Positions 20,376 to 33,969 of a DNA stretch of 64,000 bases are shown here, one piece after another. The stretch lies in the NCBI GenBank assembly GCA_963827235.1, contig CAWHAE010000014.1:224001-288000 (forward strand), in the 5' to 3' direction. Under the pieces are notes generated by a model. That model was not told where the DNA came from. It saw only the letters and a program-made list of their open reading frames with translations, and made no database searches. This DNA is from an uncultured bacterium. Its GTDB lineage: Bacteria; Chloroflexota; UBA5177; JANWHV01. Numbering within the stretch: position 1 is the stretch's first letter; each line of letters begins with the position of its first letter. Made by a program: the position numbers and the translations under genes.

Positions 20376-21849
20376 ATGTCATTTCGACTGACGGATATCA
20401 AGAGGACGATGCGCTCTCGCGGCGACGGCGAGCGGTATCTTCATCCGAAGCTCCTCCAACCCACCGAAATGGAGGGACGGATGGACCTGGCGCTGTCCTA
20501 TTTCCACACCCGGCTGGGCCGCGCGCGCCGCGATTTTGACGCCGAGATGCTGGTTCGCTTCTTCGGAGACCCCAAGCTCGCGCGTGGGATCGTGTCCTGC
20601 CTCGGCAGGACCTACCGCTGGCGCTTGCAAGCGTTCTCCGACGTGCTCGACGGCGGCGAGCTGCAGCGCCTTGGGCTGCATGGCATCCGCTGTCCCAGCG
20701 ACCTGCGGCTCTACTTGTTCGATCTGGTGAACCGAGCGGGCCACGGCTTTCTTGCAGGTGATCGCAAGTCTGAGCTGCAGGTGCAGAGCGGGCGCCTAGG
20801 CCTGGCACCGGCGCGGCTCGAGCGGCTATTCAGCCTCGACTCGGAGGACAATGCCGTGCTGGTGCGCGCAGGCGACGCGCCTGCCGCCAGAGACGTGATT
20901 TCGCAGTACAACTTCCAGGTCGTGCATGCGATTATTCGGAACTGCGAATACCTGGAGTTTGCAGACCTGCAGGTCCCCGCCCGTGCAGCGCTTGTCGCGG
21001 CCTGCCGCGAGCATGGCGTGGCGCTGAGCGAGCAGGGCACTGCTCTCCGCGTGCACAACCGCGCCGATGCTTTCGGCAGCTATGCCCGCTGGGGCCAACG
21101 CCTGGCGCGCGCCTTGTACACCACCGCGTCGGTGGTGCCTTCGCTCCTGCAAACCGGCAGAGCAAGGCTGCAGACGCGCGGCAGGCATGCGTGGTACGTG
21201 TTCGACCGGCATACCTTGACTTCCCTAACCGGCGCAATAGGCGCCATTTGGTGCGCCGACCCTCTGCCGGAGATCGCCGACCGCTGGCAGCACCGGCGTC
21301 CGGCGGGCGGCACAATGGGCTGGCACCTGACCAACCTGGCAGAGCCGTTCGTGTGCCCGGCCGGCCTGATCGTGCCATCCAGCAGGATAATGCGCGGCGA
21401 GCTCGAGGTCCTGCTTTGGCCGCTCGACACGGAGACCGACGGTCTCGCCGTGACCGCTCTGCACGGTGCAGGACGGCCCGTGCTCGCCGTTCGCCGCTCG
21501 GGCGCCGCCGTCGTGGCGCCTGAGCCGGTCGCGTGTGTGGAATCCCGAGATCGCCAGCGCCGAGTTGGTCGCCGCGCTTACTGCCCGCTGGGGCACAGTG
21601 CGGGCCGATGCGAGCGCACAGGCGCTGGAGGGGCTGCTCGCCGATCTTCAGTCGCGCGGCTTCATTCCCGAGACTGACGTCCTCGATGCGCTTTGCTGCG
21701 AGTCTCCGGACGAGCTGCCCGTTCGCTTGCGAGCGCTCGACCCGGTACGAGGCACGTTCATGCCGGGCCTCGGGCTTTGCAGTGCCTCGTTTGCAGGGGC
21801 GATGCGCCGCGGGCTGCGGCGCAAGCCGCGCGCCAAGCCGGCCGCCTGA
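20376..21849 (+). CDS. DUF790/Bax1-like protein with degenerate nuclease motif; frameshift near 21540
   Basis: Directly follows the XPB-like gene; KLARGI, D.E.N.L, P...I..YN, WG.RLA, W.L...EP features; C-terminus continues in the 21466-21849 frame. Confidence 0.65.
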
Positions 21850-22073
21850 ACGACAGTCACCAGGCTGCGCGACTCAGGCCTTTGAGGGCGGGGCGATCCC
21901 GGTTCCGGACGTTCAGCCTCAGCCGGCGAGCGTCACCCTGTGGAGTTCCCGTTGGCGCGCACCCGCTGGACCGGTTTGGCCCTATGCCTCGGCTGGCCTG
22001 CCATCGCCGCCACTGCCGGCTATCCCGTGGTCCACGGCTGGAGCGATGCCTTCGCCCGGTCCGACCAGTCCGC

Positions 22074-22403
22074 TCAGCCCACGACGATAATGGACTTGAA
22101 GTTCATCATGTTGGGCGGATCGGCCGCCAGCATACTGAACTGGTACTTGCCCGGCGAGATAGGCGTGTTGGGACTCACCGTAATCGTGTCTCCCTTGATC
22201 ACTGCCGGCTTGAGATCGGGCATGCCCTCCGGCGTGGGCTGGCCGGACGAGTCCACGTGAAACACCATAGCCTGCACGGTGGCATCTGCCGGCGCAGCGC
22301 CCGCGAACGTCAGCACGATGGACGAGGTCGGCGATATGTGGACACCGGGAGGCGGGCTCATCCCTGTCAGTTTCGGGAAGTCGCCGGTCGCAACCCGCGT
22401 CAC
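22074..22403 (-). CDS. Small Ig-like beta-sandwich (Big_5/CopC-like) protein
   Basis: SPPPG...SIVLTF...TITVSPNTPISPGKYQF pattern; start uncertain. Confidence 0.5.
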   Translation of the reverse strand: MTRVATGDFPKLTGMSPPPGVHISPTSSIVLTFAGAAPADATVQAMVFHVDSSGQPTPEGMPDLKPAVIKGDTITVSPNTPISPGKYQFSMLAADPPNMMNFKSIIVVG

Positions 22404-22458
22404 ACGTCCGCCAGAGAATGTGGTCGCGTAGCCAGGGTACCGCGTCGAGCGACGGCGA

Positions 22459-23247
22459 TCAGTAGTAGCCGCCGCGGGTGGCGGACATGCCTCCGTACCA
22501 GCGAGGTGGCCGAGGCAGGGGACGCCGTTGGCTCGGACGCTCGAATATCTTGACCAATATGAGCCCGGCGACGAAACCGCCCACATGCGCCCACACCGCG
22601 ACTCCGCCGCCGCCGGCCTGCTGTCCAAGCGACGTGACGGCCGGCACAAACTGCATTACGAACCAGAATCCGATCAGCAGAGCAGCCGAGACTCGGGTGA
22701 ACGTGAAGAAGAACCCAATGAAGATGAGGGCGTTGACCAGCGCGTGGGGGTAGAGCACGAGGTAAGCGGCGAGCACGCCGGCTATAGCGCCGCTGGCGCC
22801 CAGGTTTGGCGTCAGCGCGTCTGCCGTGCTTGGATCGAAGCTCAGAGTCACGACCACCTGGGTGAGCCCGGCCAGGAGGCCGCAGACGACGTAGAAGACC
22901 AGGTAGCCGAGATGGCCGAAGGCATCCTCCACGTTGTCGCCGAAGATCCAGAGGAACAGCATGTTGCCCAGTATGTGCTCCCAGCTCGCGTGCATGAACA
23001 TGCCGGTCAGCAGCGTGAGCCATGCCGGCGTGGTCAACAGTTGGTGCGACTGCGGATCGTAGACGCAGGTGGAGAACGGGCACTGGTGAAGCTCCTGAGG
23101 AATGACCGACAAGTTGCCTACCAGCCACGTGGCATTGCCGCTGAGATAGTAGACCCAGATGAACACGGCAAAGTTCGCCGCGATCAGCACGTAGTTCACC
23201 AACGGGAAGGTCCGCCGCTGCGAGTTGTCGTCCGATAGCGGTATCAC
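22459..23247 (-). CDS. Rhomboid family intramembrane serine protease
   Basis: FMHASWEHILGNM, GASGA (catalytic Ser), AHVGGF (catalytic His). Confidence 0.95.
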   Translation of the reverse strand: MIPLSDDNSQRRTFPLVNYVLIAANFAVFIWVYYLSGNATWLVGNLSVIPQELHQCPFSTCVYDPQSHQLLTTPAWLTLLTGMFMHASWEHILGNMLFLWIFGDNVEDAFGHLGYLVFYVVCGLLAGLTQVVVTLSFDPSTADALTPNLGASGAIAGVLAAYLVLYPHALVNALIFIGFFFTFTRVSAALLIGFWFVMQFVPAVTSLGQQAGGGGVAVWAHVGGFVAGLILVKIFERPSQRRPLPRPPRWYGGMSATRGGYY

Positions 23248-23616
23248 TGGGACACTCCGGGTGCCAGGCACTGAATCCTACACATTCAGCATACCTTCAC
23301 TGCGCTACGCTGCCTGATCAGGAGCCGCACCGGGCTTGTCCGAAATCCCCGCACCAGCGCTTCGCGTGGCCGCACCTGTGAACGCGGTCGTCTCGACCGC
23401 CTCTGGGCATGCCCGGGATGTCTTCAGGCGTCGTCAGGCAGCAAACCTTCATGCCACAATGACCGTGTAGGCCCGCTGCACCGGCCCCTGTTACCCGCCG
23501 GAGCAGGAAAGCACCAATCATGGCGCGCTGCGGTCACCGTGCCGGTCGCGCGCCGTTCACTCCCTTCGCCCGCATGGAAGTGCGTGCTTACTCGGCGCGT
23601 GACTCTTGCCAGTCGG

Positions 23617-24573
23617 TCAGCGGGCTGTCGCGGAGGCCACCGGTCCGTTGACCAGCCGGCTCGTGTCCACGACTTCGAAGTCCGCCCCTGTAATCCGGTT
23701 TATCGTATGGAAGTCGTCGTCGTTGAAACGGGAGTCGGAGGAGCCCGAGATAAACCAGTTCGAGCCGTTGTCGGCGAGGATCATGCCGTATTTCTTGAGC
23801 GCCGTGAGCAGGACTCGAACCTGGGGCCTGAATCCACTGATGTCCACCGAGGCTTTCAGGCGCACTCGCAGGCCCATGGGTGGGTAGGCGGCGGCGTGCA
23901 CGCCGGCGTCGTGGCGGGCCGGGTAGATGTGCGCGCTACGCGTGTGCACGGCCGTGAAGCGAAGTGCGTGGTCTATCACGCCCGCGGCGATCTCGTCGTA
24001 ACGCACGAGCCCGGGCAGAATGGGTAGCCCGGCTGCGTCGGCGCTGGTCCAGCCATCGGGTCTCAGCGCGTTCGAGCGCAGATTCCAGATGGCGCCCGAT
24101 CCGGCGGTCCATCGGGCCCCGATCCTGTTCACGTCGTACAGCTCGTAGAGATTGCAGTTCGCTTTGTCCACGATGAGCAGGTGGCGGTCGCTTCCGCCCT
24201 CGATCAGCGGCTTCGCGGGAATGGGATACGGCCCCGAGTCGGACTCTAAGGCGTAGTCAAAGTGCACCCGTACCATGGGCTGTTTCCCTGACACCACATT
24301 GAAGGGAATACCGTAGCCCAGATAGGATCCGAAGTCGGGGTGCAGCCCGGTCGAGAGGCCGATCGAGCGGATCATGGCCGTCGAGTTCGCGGCGGCGGGC
24401 AGTCCCGAGACGTCGACGTTCCACACGTTGTTGGCTGGAAACAGCGGGCAGCCCGGTGCGCCGGGAACCGGAGCACCGGAGCGGCTGGACGAGCGGTCTC
24501 GAGCGTGCGCGTCGGGCGCCGTGCCGGCGAGTATCAGCGCGGCCAGGGCCGCGATCCCGAGCCTGCGAAGCAT
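23617..24573 (-). CDS. Secreted conserved hypothetical protein
   Basis: Signal peptide MLRRLGIAALAALILAG..AHA; motifs DRHLLIVD, SADAAGLPILPGLVRYDE, IDHALRFT, YGMILADNG. Confidence 0.75.
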   Translation of the reverse strand: MLRRLGIAALAALILAGTAPDAHARDRSSSRSGAPVPGAPGCPLFPANNVWNVDVSGLPAAANSTAMIRSIGLSTGLHPDFGSYLGYGIPFNVVSGKQPMVRVHFDYALESDSGPYPIPAKPLIEGGSDRHLLIVDKANCNLYELYDVNRIGARWTAGSGAIWNLRSNALRPDGWTSADAAGLPILPGLVRYDEIAAGVIDHALRFTAVHTRSAHIYPARHDAGVHAAAYPPMGLRVRLKASVDISGFRPQVRVLLTALKKYGMILADNGSNWFISGSSDSRFNDDDFHTINRITGADFEVVDTSRLVNGPVASATAR

Positions 24574-24925
24574 GGGCGAACTCCTTGGACTGTTCGGCTC
24601 AACGTGTCGGAGGCACCCAAAGGTCACGTCCTGCGCACGTGGCTCTCCAGGCGCGGAAGCTGGCTCAGGCGTCTCTGCCGCCATTGTGGCAGTGCGGCCG
24701 GAACTCCACAAGCGCCCATTAGGCGTGTTTCGAGGTGCCAGCCGGTTGAGCACCATGCTTGCGGCCGATGCCGCGCCATGACATTCGCCGGATCAGGTGT
24801 GCCGGCCAGCGCGCCGGCTGATAGCTCAGTGATCGGCCCCACCGTTCACGCGCCTGCCCACTGCGTGCCGCGTGAACGGTGGGAACCCATCTCCAGTCAA
24901 GATCCGCGGAGCCGGCGATCCGCGA

Positions 24926-26425
24926 CTAACTCGGCGCGCCGGCTGTCCAGCAGCTACTTGCACCGTGGCAGGTTGAGAGCGCCGAGACGACGGAGTGCAG
25001 ACGGGCTCGATCGGACGCACCAAGCTGGCCGTAGACGTTCACCCGCTCCTCCGGGTCATGACTGATGTTGTAGTACTCGTGCTCGCCGTTGGCGTACTCG
25101 ACGTACACCGCGTTGGGAAGCCGAATAGCCTCGTACGTGGTGGGATTGCCACCCAGGGCGCCATTCTCGTAGTCGATATCACTCGTGTCGGTGTCGGGTC
25201 CGTGGTGCTCGATCAACGCGGCAGTACGCCAGCTCGACACCGGCCTAGCCAGAAGCAGCGGCACCAGGCTGTGCCCATCCACGGACGGGCTGGGTGTGCC
25301 GCCGCTCAGCTCGACGAACGTGGGATTAAGATCGATGTTCTGCGCAATCTGAGAGATGGTCTGCCCGTGCGGCACCCCAGGACCCATGACGATGAGCGGC
25401 ACCTGAATGTCGGAATCGAATGCAGTCATCTTTCCCGGCAGAAGCCGGTGCTGACCCATGTGGTAGCCGTTGTCGGAGCTGAAGACGATGTAGGTATTCT
25501 GAGCCAGACCGCGAGCGGAGAGCGTGGATTCCAGCCGGCCAATCAGGTCGTCGACAGCCTGCACGGCCTGGGCGCGCTTCCGGAATCCCGCGTCAATCAG
25601 GTTGATCTGCTTCTTTGTCAGCGGCAACCGCGGGCCCAGCCAGGTTGGCGGGTTCACGTTGTTCTTGTCAAACGAAGCCGTGCGCGGCGCCGCCAGGTTG
25701 GGGAAGTGTCCGGCGTCGCGCGGGGCGGGCGTATACGGCGCGTGAGGCGCGAACGTGGCGACCTCAAGGAGGAACGGCTTCTGCGCGTCGGCCGCCCGAT
25801 TGATGAACGCGGCGCCGCGGTCGGCAAGCACGTCCGTCAGGTAGTTGGATCGATTGGCCGGGCCGCCAAAGTGGACGAGCTTGCCGTTCTCGTTGAGGCC
25901 GTAGTTGAACTCGGCGTAGCCTTCGCCCGCCACATGCCAGTCGTTCCAGCCCGCTGGGTTGAACAGAGACGACGGCTCATATCCGTTGAGATACTTTCCC
26001 ATCATCGACGTAAGGTAGCCACCGGCTTGCAGCCCCAGCGCGAAGGTCTTGCCTTCGTCGCCGTTGGCGAGAAACGCGTAATAACCGCCCGAGGATCCCG
26101 AATTGGCGAACACGCCGGTATCGTGCGGGAACAGGCCGGTAAATATGGACGAGCGCGACGGGCAGCAGAGCGAATCGCTCACGATGTAGTGGCTGAATGT
26201 AACGCCCTTGCGCTCGAGCTGCAGCACGTGCGGCATGTACTGCACCAGGTCCCAGGACAAATCGTCGGTCAAGACGAAGACGATGTTCGGTCGCTGGTCT
26301 GCCGCGCCCGAGGCAGCGACCACGCCTCTGGCGTGGGCACCGGCCAGGCAGCAAGTGAGGAACGAACCGACGGCAAGTCCGCGCAGAACATGTCCCAGCC
26401 AGGTACGCAGGGATGGACCCTCCAT
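24926..26425 (-). CDS. Secreted sulfatase (N-acetylglucosamine-6-sulfatase-like)
   Basis: PNIVFVLTDD, CCPSR (formylglycine motif), GKYLNGY, SSDNGYH; signal peptide. Confidence 0.93.
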   Translation of the reverse strand: MEGPSLRTWLGHVLRGLAVGSFLTCCLAGAHARGVVAASGAADQRPNIVFVLTDDLSWDLVQYMPHVLQLERKGVTFSHYIVSDSLCCPSRSSIFTGLFPHDTGVFANSGSSGGYYAFLANGDEGKTFALGLQAGGYLTSMMGKYLNGYEPSSLFNPAGWNDWHVAGEGYAEFNYGLNENGKLVHFGGPANRSNYLTDVLADRGAAFINRAADAQKPFLLEVATFAPHAPYTPAPRDAGHFPNLAAPRTASFDKNNVNPPTWLGPRLPLTKKQINLIDAGFRKRAQAVQAVDDLIGRLESTLSARGLAQNTYIVFSSDNGYHMGQHRLLPGKMTAFDSDIQVPLIVMGPGVPHGQTISQIAQNIDLNPTFVELSGGTPSPSVDGHSLVPLLLARPVSSWRTAALIEHHGPDTDTSDIDYENGALGGNPTTYEAIRLPNAVYVEYANGEHEYYNISHDPEERVNVYGQLGASDRARLHSVVSALSTCHGASSCWTAGAPS

Positions 26426-26515
26426 TGTTGGCCCCCTTGTCTCTACGCTGCGTTCCCTGGCAGAGCCTGCCGGGGCGGGCGGTATCGATACCGAGGCTCA
26501 TTCTATGTGTGACGC

Positions 26516-26531
26516 GCAATACTGATATTGC
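26516..26531. promoter_or_regulatory. Inverted repeat upstream of the sulfatase, possible operator
   Basis: GCAATA-CTGA-TATTGC in an AT-rich patch; TATTGCAC recurs near 26558. Confidence 0.4.
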
Positions 26532-26596
26532 ACAGACGTTAACGCATGTAAAGAGTCTATTGCACTTCCGATCCGGTGCGGCACGTTCATAGCCGA

Positions 26597-27415
26597 CTAG
26601 AGAGGACGATGAGCAACCGCGAGCAGGTGGTTGCTTACTCCGAGCACACTGGACTCATGCTCAACGCATGCAATCGCCTCCAGCAGTTGCCGCCTCTTCC
26701 GTTCGTCCTGCCAGCGAGCGTCGAAATCGGGTACGAGCCAGCCGGGCCCTTCGACTGCCAGGAGCGCGTCCAGCCGTAGACCAGCCTCCGCGATCTCCTC
26801 TGCTAGCTGGTCCGGCTTGTGGTAATAGGCGGTGGTGAACCACTCTCTGCCCGCCGGGTTACGGTGCTGCCCTTCATGCACATCCCGCTCGATCACCCTT
26901 ACATGCTCGGGGTCGCCTAAGTCGCGCCACCACAAGCCGTCGAGCATCGACGCGTAACGAGAGATCGCAGCCGCAAAGATCATCTGTCCTGGACGCACGA
27001 TCCGGCTGGCCTCCGCTATCGCCGCTAACCTGTCGGCGCGGTCCGTCAGATGATAGAGCGGGCCAAGCAGCAGGACAGCATCGGCCGACGCATCAGGCTC
27101 GCGTAGATCGCGTGCGTCACCGAGCGCCGCCGTGTACCCGTTCGACGCGGCCCGCGCCTGTTCTACATGGAGCGGGACCGGATCCACCAGGTGCACCCTG
27201 TAGCCCCTAGCGGTGAGCCACCGAGCATAGGCGCCCGGTCCACCACCGATATCGAGGATGCGGGCGGGTGGCGGCGGAAGGTGCCGCTGGAGAATCATGC
27301 ATGTGCGCTCGAACTCTAGGCGATACGTGCCTTCCGTCAGGCGACGCTCTTCCAGTCCATCGCCATAGTACGCGACGATCTCCGGCGCTGGCTGGAGTAA
27401 AGGCTCTTCTGGCAT
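26597..27415 (-). CDS. Class I SAM-dependent methyltransferase
   Basis: LDIGGGPG, GDARDL, LLGPLYHL. Confidence 0.9.
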   Translation of the reverse strand: MPEEPLLQPAPEIVAYYGDGLEERRLTEGTYRLEFERTCMILQRHLPPPPARILDIGGGPGAYARWLTARGYRVHLVDPVPLHVEQARAASNGYTAALGDARDLREPDASADAVLLLGPLYHLTDRADRLAAIAEASRIVRPGQMIFAAAISRYASMLDGLWWRDLGDPEHVRVIERDVHEGQHRNPAGREWFTTAYYHKPDQLAEEIAEAGLRLDALLAVEGPGWLVPDFDARWQDERKRRQLLEAIACVEHESSVLGVSNHLLAVAHRPL

Positions 27416-27747
27416 AACAGGTGCTCCTGACCGTGATGCGGCAATGCTAGCACAGCGCTCTGGCGAGTGGTGACTCCTGCCCATCATCCCACGGATCCGG
27501 TTGGTATCGTCCAGGCAGACACGGCGGACCGTCCAAAGCCACGGTGAACGGTGCGATCTGGGTCCGCAGTGTGATGCTCGGGTTGGGAACCGACAACGCA
27601 GACTGGCAGTGCTTCCGCTACGCTCTTGAGGGCGCGACGCGAGTGCTCTGGCAGTGCCGACACTATAGGCTGGAACGCGAAGGTCGAGCACTCAGCGACG
27701 AAAGCCTGCTCGCCCTAGCGCTCGCGCCGGCCGGCACCTGGCGGCCG

Positions 27748-28410
27748 CTAGATCTGAGTCAGCTCGCTCAGCATGACCGCGTCGAATTCCGCCAGCGAGT
27801 CCAGCACCCGGTCGGCGATCAGGAAATTCGCATGAGACCGCAGCGCCTCGTCGGGCACAGCCACGCACTTCATCTTCGCCGCCTTGGCGGAGAGTACGCC
27901 ATTCGGCGAATCCTCGAAGGCTAGGCACTGGTCGGGGCGCACGCCGAGCCGCTGCGCCGTGCTGATAAAGACGCCCGGATGCGGCTTCCCATACGTCTCG
28001 TGCTCGGCAGACTGGAGGACGGCAAAGTACTGCCGCATGTTCAGCTTGTCCACCACGCACTCGATCAGGGCCAAGGGCGAGGAGGACGCTATGGCCATCG
28101 GCAGTCCGGCACGCGAGCAAACCTCGAGCGCCCGGTATGCGCCTTCGCGAGCCACCCCACGCGACCTCACAAGATCGCTCAGCCGCCCGATCAGGCGCTC
28201 AGCCACGACAGAGACTGGAGGCTCAGCCCAGGGATAGCGGGAACGCCAGTGGTCGACAATCTCCTCGGTCCTCAGCCCGGTTGTCTCCTTCTTCAGCAGG
28301 GGCGTAAGCGGCACGCCCAGCTCGGGAAAGATGACCATCTCCGCTGCTTCCCACAGCGGCTCGCTGTCTATGAGCAGCCCGTCCATGTCGAAGATCACAG
28401 CCGCGATCAC
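27748..28410 (-). CDS. HAD phosphatase (HxpB/YniC hexitol-phosphatase-like)
   Basis: FDMDGLLIDSEPLW, ASSS, GKPHP, FEDSPNG. Confidence 0.9.
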   Translation of the reverse strand: MIAAVIFDMDGLLIDSEPLWEAAEMVIFPELGVPLTPLLKKETTGLRTEEIVDHWRSRYPWAEPPVSVVAERLIGRLSDLVRSRGVAREGAYRALEVCSRAGLPMAIASSSPLALIECVVDKLNMRQYFAVLQSAEHETYGKPHPGVFISTAQRLGVRPDQCLAFEDSPNGVLSAKAAKMKCVAVPDEALRSHANFLIADRVLDSLAEFDAVMLSELTQI

Positions 28411-28636
28411 GTGCGTCCTTTCACGGCGATTCCGCCTCGGCAAGTCCGGTGACCGCCAGCCCTCACCGGACGCCTACCCTTGCGCAGCCAACTCCATGGT
28501 ATCGCCTCGGCAACGGCAGGCGAGTCCCGGACCCAGTCTCGACCGCGGCACATGCAAGAGGCCCGGGAGCTTGCTCCGGGCCTCTCGCGAGCAGCAACGG
28601 CTGCCCGGCCTCTACGAACCGTCCGTCTTCAGACGG

Positions 28637-31096
<2,460 letters not shown>

Positions 31097-31107
31097 GGTC
31101 CTAACTC

Positions 31108-32451
31108 CTATTGGGCCTGTAGTATGGCTTCCCGCAGCGCCTCGGAGACGGTAGGATGCGGGAAGACAATTTCTGCGGCGTGAGACGCGAGCAGTTCCAT
31201 TTCGATCAGCGCGGCAGCGGCCACGATGAACTCGCTGGATGAATCGCCCATGGCATGCACACCAAGAATCTCGCCGTGCTTGGCCCCGACCAGCACTTTG
31301 ACGAAGCCCGATCCCTTCTCGTTCTCGATCAGGAACCGCCCGGCGACACCCATGGGTACCATGGCCTTCTTGTACCGGACGCCGGCCGCCTTGAGCTCCT
31401 CTTCAGTAGCGCCGACCGTCGCGACTTCGGGATGGGTATATATCACGGCCGGCACGGCCTCGTATCGGATGTGGTCTGCTTTTCCGAACATGGCGTTCAC
31501 CGCCACCAGGCCCTCGCGCGTCGCCACGTGCGCCAGCATGTGTTGCCCGGTGACGTCGCCACATGCCCAGATGCCCGGCACATTGGTTCTGCCCTGGTCG
31601 GTAATGCGAATGCCTTTAGGGCTGAAGTCAACGCCCACCTGCTCCAACCCGAGACCTTGCACGATCGGCGTGCGACCGGTAGCGTTGAGCACGCTCTCGG
31701 CGGAGTAGCTCTGCTTCGCCCCGGTGTTGTCCGCGTACTGCACCGTGCCGCCGTCGATGGAGAGAACTCTGCACGACAAATTGATCGTCACGCCGCTGCG
31801 TTTCAGCGCTTGCAAGAGCCTGTTCGAGATATCGCCGTCGCAGCTGCCGGCAATCTGAGGCAGCATCTCGAACACGGCCACCTCTGCCCCGACCTCGCTG
31901 AAGAACGATGCAAACTCGAGACCGATGTAGCCCCCGCCAATGATGGCGATGCTGTGCGGCACTGCCGTGAGATCGAACACCGTGTTCGAGTTGAGAACGC
32001 TAGTGGCATCGATGCCCGGAATCGGCGGCACGGCAGGCCGCGAACCGGTCGCAATCAGGATGTTCTGCGTCTCCAACTGCCGGTCGCCAACCTGCACGCG
32101 ATCGCGCGCCACCAAGCGTGCACTGCCTTCCACGACTTCGACGTTTGAGCGCTTCAGCAACCCTTCCACGCCCTTGACGAGCGTGCCTACGATGCGATTC
32201 TTGCGCTCCACCACGGCAGGCATATTGAAGCTGAAGCCGTCAATGTGCACGCCGAACGCTTCCGCCTCCCCGCACTCGCGGTAGAGACGCGACGAGCGCA
32301 GAAACGACTTCGCCGGAATGCAGCCGACGTTGAGGCAGGTGCCGCCGATCTTGGACTTTTCGAGGAGAGCGACCTTCTTGCCCATCTGGCCGGCGTGCGC
32401 GGCGGCTTCGTACCCGCCCGGGCCGGCGCCGATTACAATCAAATCGTACAC
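31108..32451 (-). CDS. lpdA: Dihydrolipoyl dehydrogenase (E3)
   Basis: [29 protein letters not shown]. Confidence 0.96.
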   Translation of the reverse strand: MYDLIVIGAGPGGYEAAAHAGQMGKKVALLEKSKIGGTCLNVGCIPAKSFLRSSRLYRECGEAEAFGVHIDGFSFNMPAVVERKNRIVGTLVKGVEGLLKRSNVEVVEGSARLVARDRVQVGDRQLETQNILIATGSRPAVPPIPGIDATSVLNSNTVFDLTAVPHSIAIIGGGYIGLEFASFFSEVGAEVAVFEMLPQIAGSCDGDISNRLLQALKRSGVTINLSCRVLSIDGGTVQYADNTGAKQSYSAESVLNATGRTPIVQGLGLEQVGVDFSPKGIRITDQGRTNVPGIWACGDVTGQHMLAHVATREGLVAVNAMFGKADHIRYEAVPAVIYTHPEVATVGATEEELKAAGVRYKKAMVPMGVAGRFLIENEKGSGFVKVLVGAKHGEILGVHAMGDSSSEFIVAAAALIEMELLASHAAEIVFPHPTVSEALREAILQAQ

Positions 32452-33806
32452 AGCGACTCCACGTTTTCAATCTTGTCCTTGATCACTTTCAAGAACCTGG
32501 CACCCGGCGCGCCGTCGACAATCTGATGGTCGAGAGTCAGCGACAACCCGATGGAGTCGACGAATTCTATGTTGCCCGAGCGATTGCGTACCGCCTTGAG
32601 CTGGATAGCATCGACGCCGAGAATCGCCACCTGAGGCGGATTCAATATCGGGGTAAAGGACTCGATACCGAGGCTGCCCAAGTTGCTGACCGTGAACGTA
32701 CCGCCGTTCATGTCGTCCACGGCGATCGTCCCTTTCACAGCCTGAGCGGCAAGCTCCTTCATACGGCGGGAGAGACCGATCAACGACAGATCCTGGCAGT
32801 TGTGCACTACCGGCACGATTAGGCCGCGATCAGTGTCGCAGGCGAAACCCACATGTACGTCGGCGTGCCTGTGAAGCCGGCCGTCGATGAACTCGACGTT
32901 CAGGTCGGGCAGCTCGAGCAGCGCCTGCACCGTACAGAAGACCACCAGATCGTTGATCGTGATCTCGGACGTCGCCGCCGACTGCTTCAGACGCTTGCGC
33001 ACGGCCAGCAGGCCGCCGGCGTTCGCCGAGCCGTTCAACGTATACTGGGCCGTCGTGGTGAGGGACTCACGCAGGCGCTTGGCAATGCGCTCTCGGGTGC
33101 TCGAGATTCGGCCCGCGCCGGCTTCTCCCAGCGCGCGGGGCTGAGCCGCCGCTTGCGGCGCCGCGGCCGGTTGGGCGATCGCGGGCGCCAGATCGGCGGC
33201 TCGAATCATGCCGCCTATGCCCGAGCCCGGACCGCTCGGCACGACGTCCGGCCCCGCCTGCTGCCGTGCCGCGGCGGTCAAGCGCGGCGTGGAGTAGTAG
33301 ACATCGCGCAGATCAGCCTCCAGCACTCTGCCGCCCGGGCCCGAGCCGGCGATTGCCGGCGGCTGAAAGTCATGCTCGCGCGCGAATCGGCGCGCACGCG
33401 GACTAAGCGGTCGCGCATCCTGCGGCGTTGCCACGGGCGCGGCCTGGGCAGAAGTGCCTGCTTCGGGCTCCGCGCTCACGGCTGGCTCCGTGCCGGCGCC
33501 CTCCCGTGGCACGACGCCGTCTCCGCCGGCACCCGCGCTTGCCGGCCTGTACGGCTCGATAGTCTCACCGGGAGCCCCTATGACGCACAGGTTTGTGAAG
33601 ACCGGCACCAGGGCGCCTTCGTCGAAGAAGGTCTCCAGCACGACGCCACCCGACGGCGCCGTGATCTCGAAGTTCGTCTTGTCGGTCTCGATCTCGGCGA
33701 TGACGTCGCCCACGGAGACGGAGTCGCCCTTGTGCTTTCGCCACGCCGCGAGGAGACACTCCTCCACGGTGTTGCCAAGCTTGGGCATTTCCACCACAGT
33801 TGCCAT
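32439..33806 (-). CDS. Dihydrolipoamide acyltransferase (E2)
   Basis: Lipoyl ETDKT, binding domains SPRARR/GSGPGGR, catalytic DHQIVDG. Confidence 0.94.
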   Translation of the reverse strand: MATVVEMPKLGNTVEECLLAAWRKHKGDSVSVGDVIAEIETDKTNFEITAPSGGVVLETFFDEGALVPVFTNLCVIGAPGETIEPYRPASAGAGGDGVVPREGAGTEPAVSAEPEAGTSAQAAPVATPQDARPLSPRARRFAREHDFQPPAIAGSGPGGRVLEADLRDVYYSTPRLTAAARQQAGPDVVPSGPGSGIGGMIRAADLAPAIAQPAAAPQAAAQPRALGEAGAGRISSTRERIAKRLRESLTTTAQYTLNGSANAGGLLAVRKRLKQSAATSEITINDLVVFCTVQALLELPDLNVEFIDGRLHRHADVHVGFACDTDRGLIVPVVHNCQDLSLIGLSRRMKELAAQAVKGTIAVDDMNGGTFTVSNLGSLGIESFTPILNPPQVAILGVDAIQLKAVRNRSGNIEFVDSIGLSLTLDHQIVDGAPGARFLKVIKDKIENVESLCTI

Positions 33807-33969
33807 CTACTGGCACCTCTCTTGATCACTAGCTCGCGCACTACGCACCACGGCGGTCGCGAGGAGACAATGTTGCAGGTCTCGCGGCAGATTCACCCCA
33901 TTATCGCGTGGCGCACGTGTCGCGGCGCCCCGGGATACCTGGATAGCTGTTGCTGCCGGACGCACCTCC

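Noticed and set aside
24995-26512. 505-aa plus-strand ORF and similar long antisense ORFs (32853-34253, 35796-37079, 42924-44177, 44947-46491)
   Set aside because: Antisense shadows of well-supported genes, expected in high-GC DNA
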